From positions 352,001 through 416,000 of the forward strand of contig CAWJJC010000028.1 of assembly GCA_963843145.1 (NCBI GenBank): a stretch of DNA of 64,000 bases. The letters run 5' to 3'. This document shows, one piece after another, positions 40,670-49,371 of this stretch. The stretch is from an uncultured delta proteobacterium. Lineage in GTDB: Bacteria > Desulfobacterota > RBG-13-43-22. Under the pieces are notes generated by a model. That model did no database searches. It saw only the letters and a program-made list of their open reading frames with translations, and was not told the DNA's origin. A program made the translations under genes and the position numbers. The stretch's first letter is position 1. Each line of letters opens with the position of its first letter.

Positions 40670-41010
40670 CTAAAGAGCCAGGCTTAATCTAAGTGCCCGG
40701 TCAACCTCTTCCATTTTCTTCTCTTCAATGATGCCCAATCTTTTTTCCAGTCGATCTTTGGAAACCGTGAGGATTTGGCCGGTTTTTATGATGGAGGGTT
40801 TAGTCAATCCTCCCTGGGGTGGTTCGATCAAGACATTCATGGGATAAATTCTGATGGTGGCCGAAAGGGCGGCGACAATCGTGGTGGAGGCATGTTCATT
40901 GCCAATATCGTTTTGAATAACCAGCGCGGGCCTTTTCCCCGCCTGTTCGCTTCCGCGACCAGGATTCCAGTTGACCAGCCAAATTTCACCGCTTCGGGGA
41001 AAGTTTTCAT
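40670..41010 (-). pseudogene. mazF: MazF/PemK endoribonuclease toxin (not in the ORF track; start offset by 1 nt in an A-run)
   Basis: FPRSGEIWLVNWNPGRGSEQAGKRPALVIQNDIGN..TTIVA..QILTVSKDRL..VDRALRLSLAL*; ATGAAAAC needs one more A to be in frame. Confidence 0.88.
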
Positions 41011-41069
41011 CGCAACATTTCCATTTCTATATATTAAACGGGACTTTCTGGTTAGGAAAGGTCATCGAA

Positions 41070-44000
41070 ATGACACCGACAAAAAATAACCCAATCAGAA
41101 GCAATCGGCCGATTCTCCGGAAAGCCGTTTCCCGGGAGCGTCTGTTCAAACAACTGGACCGTTTACTGGACGGCCCGGTCATCTGGGTCTCCGGCCCGGG
41201 TGGCTGCGGCAAGACGACACTGGTCAGTTCCTATCTGCAGGACCGGAGAATTCCCAACCTCTGGCACCAGGTAGCAGAGGCTGATAAGGACCCGGCCACC
41301 TTTTTTTACCGACTTGGGTTCTCTTTTAGCGATGCCTTTCCCCGTCGAAAAAACCCCCTGCCCCTTTTTGGCCCCGAATATCTCCAAGGCATCCCCGCCT
41401 TTGCCCGGCGCTTTTTCCAGGAGGCCTTCAGCAGATTAAAACCAGGGACGATTCTGGTTTTAGACAATTTCCAGTTCATTCCGGAGAATTCGATAATCCA
41501 GGAGGCTATTCTACTGGGAGTGAACGAATTCGCCCAGGGCAGGCTTCTGGTGCTGATCAGCCGGGGTGCCCCGCCTCCATCCTGGATCAGGCTCCAGGCC
41601 AATCAGGTATTGGGCCTGTTGACCTGGGAAGACCTGCGCCTGACCTTGGAAGAATCGGTGGATATCGTCCGATTGAGACCCGATCGGGACATTCCAGGGG
41701 AAACGATTCGGCAGGTTCATGCTTTGGTTGACGGCTGGGCGGCTGGGTTGATCCTGATACTGCAAGGCCTCAGGCAGGGGATGGTTCTCAAAAAAATTGA
41801 TGATATCACCCGGGAGGGCATCTTCCAATATTTTGGAAAGGAGATTTTCGACAAAACCAGCCCGGAGATAAAGGATTTTCTCCTCCGGACGGCTTTCCTG
41901 CCTCAAATGACCGTTGGGATAGCGGAAACGCTGACCGGCCTTCCCCAGGCTGGTTCCATCCTGGCCAGGTTGATGCGGAACAATTATTTCATCGATCAGC
42001 GATACCTAAAAGAGCCGGTCTACCAGTATCACCCCCTGTTCAGGACCTTTTTGCGAAAGCAGGCTAAGTCGCATTTCTCCCCGGATACGTATAAGGACTT
42101 TAACCGGAAGGCCGTTCACCTGCTGGAAACAGATGGACAGATCGAAGAAGCCTTTATTTTGGCCCGGGAGGCCGAGGACCGGGAAGTGATGATGCGTATC
42201 ATCCTCCAGAATGCTCAAATCCTCCAGTTTCAGGGAAGGTTCCAACTGCTACGGGAATGGCTGGAAGGGCTGCCGAGCGATCTGATTGAACAGGATGCTT
42301 GGCTTCTTTTCTGGCAGGGAGCAGCCCAATCCCATTTTGATTTGATTTTATGCCGGGATCTTCTGGAGCGGTCTTATGAAAAATTCAAGCAAAAAGGGGA
42401 AATAGTCGGGATGCTTTTGGCCTGGTCCGGCATCGTTTTACTCATTGCTCATTTCCTTAAAGCTAGTGATCAGTTGGATTATTGGATTGATGAACTCAAG
42501 ATCCATGTTCGGGATCCCTTTCAGGAATTTCCTTCTCCCTGGATTGGAGAGCGAGTTTCGACGAGTTTGTTTTGCGCCCTAGTCCAGAAACAGCCCGGTC
42601 ATCCGGAGATAGAACTCTGGGCGAGTCGAGCCCTGTCCCTGACGGAAGACTTCCGATATTATAAAGACATTAGAGGTGTTTTTTTATTCTATCTGGTTCT
42701 TTTCAGACTCTCTGTCGGCCACTTAGAAAAGGCCTCCCTGGCGTTGGAAATGTTCAACTCATTTACGCAAACCCTGGAAGATCAGTCCCCCCTTCGTATA
42801 TCTGGCATCATGGCCCAGGCGATGTTTTTTCAGGTAGCGGGCTTCCCTGAAAAATGCATTAAGTCCGTTTCCGAGGGCCTTGAGTTTTCCCGAACATTCG
42901 GCGAGGCTGGGACTATTGGAAGTAATTTTTTGTTTTTCCAGGCCATCCAGAATTCACTGAATATGAATGATACCGAAAAGGCGTGCCAGTTCATTAGCCA
43001 GTTATCCACTTCCATGAATAACCCAGGAGTGGGAAACAAGGCGATGGCTAGCCGTGACCAGTGCTTTTATTTTTACACCTTGGCCAGAGAAGAACTTATC
43101 CGCGGAACATACGATCATGCCGCCATTCATGGGGAACAGGCCCTGCGGTTCGCGATCGACACCGGCGCCCCATTCTTCATCGGGACCGCCTATCTGCTGA
43201 ACGCCGTTATTTTGAATCGCCGAGGGATGGATGATAAGGCCCGGGAACACCTTTCCCAGGGCCTGGCCATCTCCCGGCAGATCAAGAGCCTAATCCTGGA
43301 ATTCAATGCCCGGCTGCAGCAGGCCTATGTGGCCTTCAAGAGCCGCGAGGAAATCAAGGGCCTCAGGTCTCTTCGGGAAGCGTTGACCCTGGGGAAAGAA
43401 GAGAAGTTTTTGAATACCTACATTGACTGTCCGGCTGATACCGCCTTTCTCTGCCAGAAGGCGCTGGAAGAGGGGATCGAGGTGGAATACGTCCAGGAAA
43501 TCATCCGCCGGAGAAGGCTGGCGCCTGAAAATCCTCCAGTCCATCTGGAAAATTGGCCCTGGCTGCTGAAGGTGTACACCTTGGGACAGTTCGTCATTTA
43601 TAAAGATGGGCAGCCCCTCCGCTTCTCGCGCAAGGCCCAGAAAAAACCTCTCGAACTGCTCCAGGCCCTGATCGCCGCCGGGGCCAAGGGCATCCGGGAT
43701 GAGGAACTGGCCGATGTCCTCTGGCCGGAGGCCGACGGGGATGCAGCGGCCCAAACGTTAAAGACCACGCTGTATCGGCTTCGCCTGCTGATCGGTAAGG
43801 ACGAGGTGGTGAAAGTCCGCGAAGGGCGGGTGACCCTGGACGACCGCCATTGCTGGACCGATGCCTGGGCCTTTGAACAGCTTATCGGAGAGGCTGATCG
43901 GAGCAATTCCCAGGCCGCCCTCCCGCTGCTGGAAAAGGCCGTCGGGTCATACCAAGGCCCTTTTCTGGGCCGGGGGATGGAGGAGCCCTGGCTGCTGTCC

Positions 44001-44297
44001 GCCGCGGAAAGGCTGCGCAGCAAATTCCTGCGCGGGGTGGAGAGGTTGGGCTCCCTCCGGAGCCAAAAAGAAGAATGGAAGCAAGCCCGGGAATGCTACC
44101 TGAAGGGTCTGGAGGTGGACGGCCTGGCCGAGGAATTCTGCCGGGGCGCCCTGGTCTGCTGCCGGAAACTGGGTTTGCGGGCCGAGGGGTTGTCGCTTTA
44201 CAAGCGTTTTGAGAAAAGGCTTAAAACGGAGCTAGGGATCGAACCGGACGCTCGGACCAGGGTTGTCAGGGACAGTTTGCTGGGAGAGGCAGGATGA
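41070..44297 (+). CDS. MalT-like STAND ATPase-TPR protein with C-terminal SARP-type wHTH + BTAD
   Basis: RERL, GPGGCGKTT Walker A, LVLDN Walker B, DGWAAGL, YHPLF; C-terminal VYTLG..LWPEADG..LYRLR..Y.GPFL. Confidence 0.9.
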   Translation: MTPTKNNPIRSNRPILRKAVSRERLFKQLDRLLDGPVIWVSGPGGCGKTTLVSSYLQDRRIPNLWHQVAEADKDPATFFYRLGFSFSDAFPRRKNPLPLFGPEYLQGIPAFARRFFQEAFSRLKPGTILVLDNFQFIPENSIIQEAILLGVNEFAQGRLLVLISRGAPPPSWIRLQANQVLGLLTWEDLRLTLEESVDIVRLRPDRDIPGETIRQVHALVDGWAAGLILILQGLRQGMVLKKIDDITREGIFQYFGKEIFDKTSPEIKDFLLRTAFLPQMTVGIAETLTGLPQAGSILARLMRNNYFIDQRYLKEPVYQYHPLFRTFLRKQAKSHFSPDTYKDFNRKAVHLLETDGQIEEAFILAREAEDREVMMRIILQNAQILQFQGRFQLLREWLEGLPSDLIEQDAWLLFWQGAAQSHFDLILCRDLLERSYEKFKQKGEIVGMLLAWSGIVLLIAHFLKASDQLDYWIDELKIHVRDPFQEFPSPWIGERVSTSLFCALVQKQPGHPEIELWASRALSLTEDFRYYKDIRGVFLFYLVLFRLSVGHLEKASLALEMFNSFTQTLEDQSPLRISGIMAQAMFFQVAGFPEKCIKSVSEGLEFSRTFGEAGTIGSNFLFFQAIQNSLNMNDTEKACQFISQLSTSMNNPGVGNKAMASRDQCFYFYTLAREELIRGTYDHAAIHGEQALRFAIDTGAPFFIGTAYLLNAVILNRRGMDDKAREHLSQGLAISRQIKSLILEFNARLQQAYVAFKSREEIKGLRSLREALTLGKEEKFLNTYIDCPADTAFLCQKALEEGIEVEYVQEIIRRRRLAPENPPVHLENWPWLLKVYTLGQFVIYKDGQPLRFSRKAQKKPLELLQALIAAGAKGIRDEELADVLWPEADGDAAAQTLKTTLYRLRLLIGKDEVVKVREGRVTLDDRHCWTDAWAFEQLIGEADRSNSQAALPLLEKAVGSYQGPFLGRGMEEPWLLSAAERLRSKFLRGVERLGSLRSQKEEWKQARECYLKGLEVDGLAEEFCRGALVCCRKLGLRAEGLSLYKRFEKRLKTELGIEPDARTRVVRDSLLGEAG

Positions 44298-44354
44298 AGG
44301 AGATGGAAGATGGAAGAGGGAGGATGGAAGAAAAAAACAGACAGGCCGGAGGCT

Positions 44355-44497
44355 ATAGCGGTGAAGGAAGCCTTGACCAGCCTCAAGGGTATGGTTCCCA
44401 AACCTGAAAAGAAATTGTCGTTGGAGGAGATGGACGAGGCTATTGCCCAAGAAACCAACCGGTGATCGGGTTGGACGCTAATGTCCTGACCCTTTGA
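44355..44497 (+). pseudogene. Remnant of an AbrB-type antitoxin C-terminus and PIN toxin N-terminus
   Basis: ..SLKGMVPKPEKKLSLEEMDEAIAQETNR* overlaps GTG-IGLDANVL, which stops soon after. Confidence 0.65.
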
Positions 44498-44729
44498 TCA
44501 AAAAGCGGCGGAAGACGATCTGTTTCGCCTGGTCCCGCTTTGATCTGCCCGGCTTGGTCGACCACTTCCACTCCGGTTACCCTGCTCCCACACATCCAAC
44601 AGGATCTGCTTCGCTTGATCAACCCTACCTAGAACTGTTCTCTTTCTTCTCTCTTCTCCCCACTTCTTCCCCGAGTGCAGCAGCCGGAAAAAATGTTAAC
44701 TTTTTCACTTTTTTTCTATTTTCTCCCCA

Positions 44730-44751
44730 ATCTGTCACCTATCTGTAACCT
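44730..44751 (+). promoter_or_regulatory. 11-bp tandem direct repeat, candidate SARP-type activator site
   Basis: ATCTGTCACCT-ATCTGTAACCT followed by a TGTTATTC -10-like element. Confidence 0.6.
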
Positions 44752-44874
44752 TCCACCTGTTATTCAAGCAGTAAAAGACCATTTCATTTCAAAATTAAAA
44801 AGACTCAATCCTTAATCGTCCTTATGGGTCCGTAGATTCAGGCAGAGTTAGCCTGCCGGGTCAATGGAGGGGTC

Positions 44875-45069
44875 ATGAATCCGGTCGTCAATTACATCAT
44901 TCGGATCTACCGGTGCGAAAAGGACCGACCCCAAAGCCTGGTGGGGGTCGCGGAAGAGGCGGGGACAAAGGGGAAAAAGGCATTTCAGAGCTATGATGAG
45001 CTTTGGGACATTTTGAATGCATCTGGAAAATCGGCATCTGCCGATTCTTCAAAAAAAAGCGACACTTAG
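44875..45069 (+). CDS. Small hypothetical protein
   Basis: GGAGG RBS; YIIRIYR..LVG..E...F...ELW.IL pattern. Confidence 0.7.
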   Translation: MNPVVNYIIRIYRCEKDRPQSLVGVAEEAGTKGKKAFQSYDELWDILNASGKSASADSSKKSDT

Positions 45070-45190
45070 AAATGACATTATAACGCACCTTCGGAGGGAA
45101 GAAGAAAGGAGGTGAGGGGCTTGGTTCTGTCGGCAGGGTAGATGTTGGATACCAATAACCATTAATGAACTCATTAAAGGAGGGAACATC

Positions 45191-45898
45191 ATGAATAATT
45201 TAAGAAGAACGAAGTGCTGCTTTATCGTAGCCGTCATCGCGCTTCTGGCTGTGTTCGTGGCCGCCCCGGTCGGGGCGGGAAACTTGAACTGGAAGCTCCG
45301 CGGGGATTATGCCTATAATGTGGCCGCAACATGCGCACACGCTGTATGCGGCCCAGACCAAGCAGGAATATACGACTGCCAAGACGAATCCACTCGGGGG
45401 TTCGACCCAGCAACTTTAGCGCTAAGAGTACCAGGATCACAAAAATCGTACAGCTATAACGTCCAGGGTGTAATGCACTTTGACGGCCATGGGAATTTTA
45501 CCCTTAAGGGAGAGGTTCTGAGTATTCGTACTAGTCTGGGCATTAATCCGCCTGATATTCCCGTGGCCCAGTTCGACCTGGATGTCGACGGCACCTACGT
45601 AGTAGATTCTGTAGGCAACGGACTGTTTGTTGCCATCACACCTTCCACCTCCTACACTGTCACGATCAAGTCGGGACCCTATAAGGGATTTATAGAAAAT
45701 GTTTCTGGGTCTATCACTTTACGGGGCCGGTTGGACACTGTCGAAGGGAGCAGCACCGTGATCATAAGCCAAACGGTTCCGGAAATAGAAGAATTAGAGA
45801 TGATTGTGCCCGCGTTGGGTATGAACGAACAAAGAATTTGTAATCCCACGGGAAGTATAGTGCAGCTTTCACCAAGGAGAAACTGGTTCTCAAAATAA
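45191..45898 (+). CDS. Secreted hypothetical beta-rich protein
   Basis: AAGGAGG RBS, signal peptide, Cys residues in the mature region. Confidence 0.75.
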   Translation: MNNLRRTKCCFIVAVIALLAVFVAAPVGAGNLNWKLRGDYAYNVAATCAHAVCGPDQAGIYDCQDESTRGFDPATLALRVPGSQKSYSYNVQGVMHFDGHGNFTLKGEVLSIRTSLGINPPDIPVAQFDLDVDGTYVVDSVGNGLFVAITPSTSYTVTIKSGPYKGFIENVSGSITLRGRLDTVEGSSTVIISQTVPEIEELEMIVPALGMNEQRICNPTGSIVQLSPRRNWFSK

Positions 45899-46047
45899 GA
45901 AACGGACCTACCGAAACCTAAAAAATAGCCATAAAAGTCCGTCTGCAATTCCGGCAGGGCCGTCCTCGGCCCTGCCTTCCTTTTTTTCCGGGGAATGGAA
46001 CCCATGGCAATATCTTTTATGACTGGAACTGGTGAGGTAAATAGGGT

Positions 46048-46896
46048 CTATTGAATTCCCATTCGAAAGCGGTACCCCTGAAATCGAAAGACGATGCCCT
46101 TCGGAAATATTTCCTCCACCCGCATCCCTTCGGTTGAAACCTGTCCTTCCTGGAGAAGCTGCTCGTTGACCTGAACCAAGCGGCTCTGCGGATCGGGGCT
46201 GTAAACGTGAGCCGATATCTTCAACGGCGGCAGGGCGCTGCGGACATCGGCCGGCAGGTCGTTCAGGTTGAAAACCCGGTCGCTTTGCAGCACCGCCATT
46301 TTTGACGCCTTCTGGGGCGGCACCTTGGCCTGATCGGAAGTGGAGGCTTTTTTATCCGGAGGCGGCGGAGTTTTTGCCGGTTCGGTTGCCGGCACCCGCG
46401 CTTGGGGCGGTCCGGGAGAGTGCGGGTCCACCGGACTCTTGGGTGTCGCCGGAAACGAGGGTCGTTTCTCGGCAGGTATTGCCGTCTTGACCGGGGCGGA
46501 AACCGGCAATTTCTCCGGAGGGGAGATAGAGGTTTTCCGGTCCTCCGGCCCCTTGGATCCCGCCGGAGTCGGGGTCCGCTCCGAGGCCTTCTTCCGGCGG
46601 TCTGCGTCCTGGGCGAGAGAGGTTACGGGGGGGAGGACGGCCGTGGGGACCGATTTGACGAGGGCTCGCTGGGGGAGCATCGGGGCGGACCGGGGCGGTC
46701 GGTACGGTCCCCGGAAAACAATCCACCAGACCAGGACCAATGCGTTGAGGATCAGGCCCACCGCGACCAGGGTGAGCCAATGGGCCCTGGGGCGGGTTTC
46801 CGGCACCGTTGCGTCCGTCAGGGTCAGGGTTGGCCGTTCTTCCGCCTGTTGTCTATTCCGTTCGAGTTTTTTCAGGGCTTCCAGGATATAGGACAT
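46048..46896 (-). CDS. General secretion pathway protein GspB/ExeB
   Basis: MSYILEALKK N-terminus, TM, Pro-rich linker, C-terminal ISAHVYS..R.V.VN...EG domain. Confidence 0.85.
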   Translation of the reverse strand: MSYILEALKKLERNRQQAEERPTLTLTDATVPETRPRAHWLTLVAVGLILNALVLVWWIVFRGPYRPPRSAPMLPQRALVKSVPTAVLPPVTSLAQDADRRKKASERTPTPAGSKGPEDRKTSISPPEKLPVSAPVKTAIPAEKRPSFPATPKSPVDPHSPGPPQARVPATEPAKTPPPPDKKASTSDQAKVPPQKASKMAVLQSDRVFNLNDLPADVRSALPPLKISAHVYSPDPQSRLVQVNEQLLQEGQVSTEGMRVEEIFPKGIVFRFQGYRFRMGIQ

Positions 46897-46917
46897 ATCT
46901 AGCAATAGAGAATAAGT

Positions 46918-47316
46918 TTAAAAGGCTACCAGGTCCAGTTTGGTGAATTTTTGGATTGTTTTAAAGTGGTTGTCCAGGGTTAGTATACGCAGCCGGTTTT
47001 CAACGGCCATCTGGGCGATCAGCAGGTCAACCACGCCGATTGTGTTTCCTTTTTTGGAAATCGAAAAGCCCATTTCCCCTGCCATTCGATAGCTTTCGGG
47101 TTTGGGGTCAACCATTTTGATTACGGAGAATAACTCGTTGATGACCGTCAACTCTTTAAGGCTTTTCCCGCCGCGAAGCAGTTCCAGGAGGACGATCCCG
47201 GACCCGACCGCCTTCTGATCTCGAAGATACCCGGACACCAGATCAAAAACTGGTTCATTCTTTTTACGGAAGAATTCGATCCAGGCGGATGTGTCGATTA
47301 AAATGCTACCGTTCAT
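46918..47316 (-). CDS. VapC PIN-domain toxin
   Basis: ILIDTSAWI, ELLRG, DLLIA, TLDNHF motifs. Confidence 0.92.
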   Translation of the reverse strand: MNGSILIDTSAWIEFFRKKNEPVFDLVSGYLRDQKAVGSGIVLLELLRGGKSLKELTVINELFSVIKMVDPKPESYRMAGEMGFSISKKGNTIGVVDLLIAQMAVENRLRILTLDNHFKTIQKFTKLDLVAF

Positions 47317-47500
47317 GGCGGGCTTTTTCCCAGTCGTTATTAAAATCAAGTTTTCCGGCCGAACCTATAATTTTTTCAACTTTTTGTTTTCGAATCAATT
47401 CGGTCAGGGCCTTATGAATTGTTTCCGTTTTTGTCCGAGATCCGGTTAAGCGGATAGCCTCCTCGAGTAATTCTTTTGATATGTTCAATGTTGTTTTCAT
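47306..47500 (-). CDS. VapB-type antitoxin
   Basis: MKTTLNISKELLEEA...TK; overlaps the toxin start. Confidence 0.88.
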   Translation of the reverse strand: MKTTLNISKELLEEAIRLTGSRTKTETIHKALTELIRKQKVEKIIGSAGKLDFNNDWEKARHER

Positions 47501-47585
47501 GATCCATCCCGATTCTTATATTTTATACATATAATATAATGGAAGGATACATATGGCAATATCTTTTTGAAGGGAATATTTGGTC

Positions 47586-47617
47586 TTGACAAGTATGATT
47601 TAAGATACTAAAATCAT
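47586..47617 (+). promoter_or_regulatory. marR promoter and operator 1
   Basis: TTGACA-17-TAAAAT; palindrome ATGATTTAAG-ATA-CTAAAATCAT at 47595-47617. Confidence 0.8.
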
Positions 47618-47619
47618 CC

Positions 47620-48069
47620 ATGTCCTCAGAGCCTGCAAAAATAGCCGGTCAGATCCGCCGAGTCATCAACCGGTCCATGTTCCTGGAGAAGCGGACCATT
47701 CTGCACCATGAGGCCCTGCGGCTCTTTCCCTCGGAAATTCACCTGTTGCAGGTCATCGACGAATCTCCGGAACTGAGCGCCGGGGAAATGGCTCGGAAGT
47801 TGGGTATCAGCATTGGCGCCGTGTCCCAGACGCTGAACCGCCTGGAAAAGAAAGGGGTTATCCTAAAGAGCAAGGCCCCGGCCCTTAAAAACAGGCTGTC
47901 GGCCAGGTTGACCGAGGTCGGGCAAACCGCTATCCGGCAATTTGAGCAAGGGCAGGAAGTCACGATGAAGGCTTTTTCCAGCTACCTGGGCGGATTGTCA
48001 AACGGAGAAAGAAAGGTCATCGAGGGATTTCTATCCCACTTGGAGGAATTCTTGAGACGCCTGGAGTAA
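47620..48069 (+). CDS. MarR-family transcriptional regulator
   Basis: wHTH ..AVSQTLNRLEKKG...LTEVG; the start lies just after the -10, so the mRNA is probably nearly leaderless. Confidence 0.9.
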   Translation: MSSEPAKIAGQIRRVINRSMFLEKRTILHHEALRLFPSEIHLLQVIDESPELSAGEMARKLGISIGAVSQTLNRLEKKGVILKSKAPALKNRLSARLTEVGQTAIRQFEQGQEVTMKAFSSYLGGLSNGERKVIEGFLSHLEEFLRRLE

Positions 48070-48082
48070 TTTTTTTTGGACT

Positions 48083-48105
48083 ATGTTTATAGTATCTAAA
48101 ATCAA
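48083..48105 (+). promoter_or_regulatory. Operator 2 (same motif as operator 1), upstream of the MerB-like gene
   Basis: ATGTTTATAG-TAT-CTAAAATCAA immediately before the AAGGAGG RBS. Confidence 0.7.
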
Positions 48106-48111
48106 AGGAGG

Positions 48112-48861
48112 ATGATTATGGGAAACAGATTGTTGGCCGGTGTTGGGCGTACCCTGGTGGGGGTGCCTCCCATTCTTTGGGAGAAACGAATTGAAAAGGC
48201 GAGGCAGAAGAAAATAAATTCCATTCGATTTATGTCCCCCGAGCATCGCCTGGTTCATCATTATGTGGTCGGGGAGTTGCCGCGTATCGGAGGACCGATA
48301 TCGGCGGAAAAGGTGTCCCAGGATCTGGCCTTGTCCCTGGAGCGAACCCTAGATATTTTGCGCGAGTTGGAGGAACACCTGACCTTTCTTTGCCGGAACG
48401 AGGAGGGGCAGGTCGTCTGGGCCTACCCGGTGACCGTGGAAAAAACCCCGCACCGAATCATCTTCGAATCGGGGGAGCGGTTGTATGCCGCTTGAGCGGT
48501 GGACGCGTTCGCGACGCCCTTCGTGCAAGGGCAACTGAGGCAGGAAAAGGTAGTCATTCGGGTTGACACGGAATGCGCCCACTGCAAAAGTCCGATGCAG
48601 TTGGAGATCGACAGCGATATGAATTGCCGTTGCCCGGAAACGGACTGTAACCCGATTATCTTTGTCCCCGACGTGGATTTCGGTCACCTGAAAGATCCCA
48701 ACATCATCGAGGCCTTTTGAAAAAAAAGTGTGTTCTTCCGGTCGGAAGAACATGCTCGGGCGTATCGAAGGAAAGAGCATCGAATCCGTGGTGCGTATTT
48801 TACCACCAGTCAGATCGCCTATTTAAATAAAGCCATTCAGAGCGCCATCTTTGGTTGGTGA
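48112..48861 (+). CDS. Selenoprotein: MerB (organomercurial lyase)-like protein with two Sec residues (249 aa)
   Basis: In-frame TGA at 48493 (RLYAA-U-AVD, cf. MerB LYAWCALD) and 48718 (AF-U-KKSVFFRS, cf. SFCCHVHFFAS); each is followed by a SECIS-like hairpin. Confidence 0.88.
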
Positions 48862-48879
48862 ATATCGGACCGGAAGGAA

Positions 48880-49371
48880 TTAATCGGAGAATCGCTTTGA
48901 ACTGCGATTATCCCCCAAGAGCCTTTTCTTGCGAACCGACTGAATAGCTCCATCCAGACCTTGAAGGAAGAGGGATCGATCTTTCTTTTGGAATGGCGGC
49001 GGTCCGCCGGCCAGGGATCCGGCATCGCGTAATTGGGAAAGGAGATCGCGGGTGGCCAGGGCATCCCCGATGTTCTCTTCGGTAAAGGGGCGGCCTGTGG
49101 GCCGGAGCACCAGGGCCCCCTTCCCCAGGCAGCGGGCGGCCAAAGGGATATCCCCGGAGATGACAATATCATCCGCTTCCAGGTGATCGACGATATAGTT
49201 ATCCGCCGCGTCAAAGTGATTGGTGACGATGACCAGTTCAATCCAGTCCTCCACCGGGGTGCGCATCCGGGAATTGGCCACCAGGATGACCCGTAATCCG
49301 TAGCGTTCGGCCACCCGGTATATTTCTTCTTTCACCGGACAGGCATCGGCATCGACAAAGATATCTAGCAA
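48880..49371 (-). CDS. YaiI/YqxD (DUF188) family protein
   Basis: IFVDADACPVK, DAAD, DIPLA motifs; TTG start overlaps the upstream stop. Confidence 0.9.
   Translation of the reverse strand: MLDIFVDADACPVKEEIYRVAERYGLRVILVANSRMRTPVEDWIELVIVTNHFDAADNYIVDHLEADDIVISGDIPLAARCLGKGALVLRPTGRPFTEENIGDALATRDLLSQLRDAGSLAGGPPPFQKKDRSLFLQGLDGAIQSVRKKRLLGDNRSSKRFSD

Noticed and set aside
48859-48861. Third TGA of the MerB-like gene as another Sec
   Set aside because: It is at the expected C-terminus with no following hairpin, and read-through would run into the convergent yaiI gene
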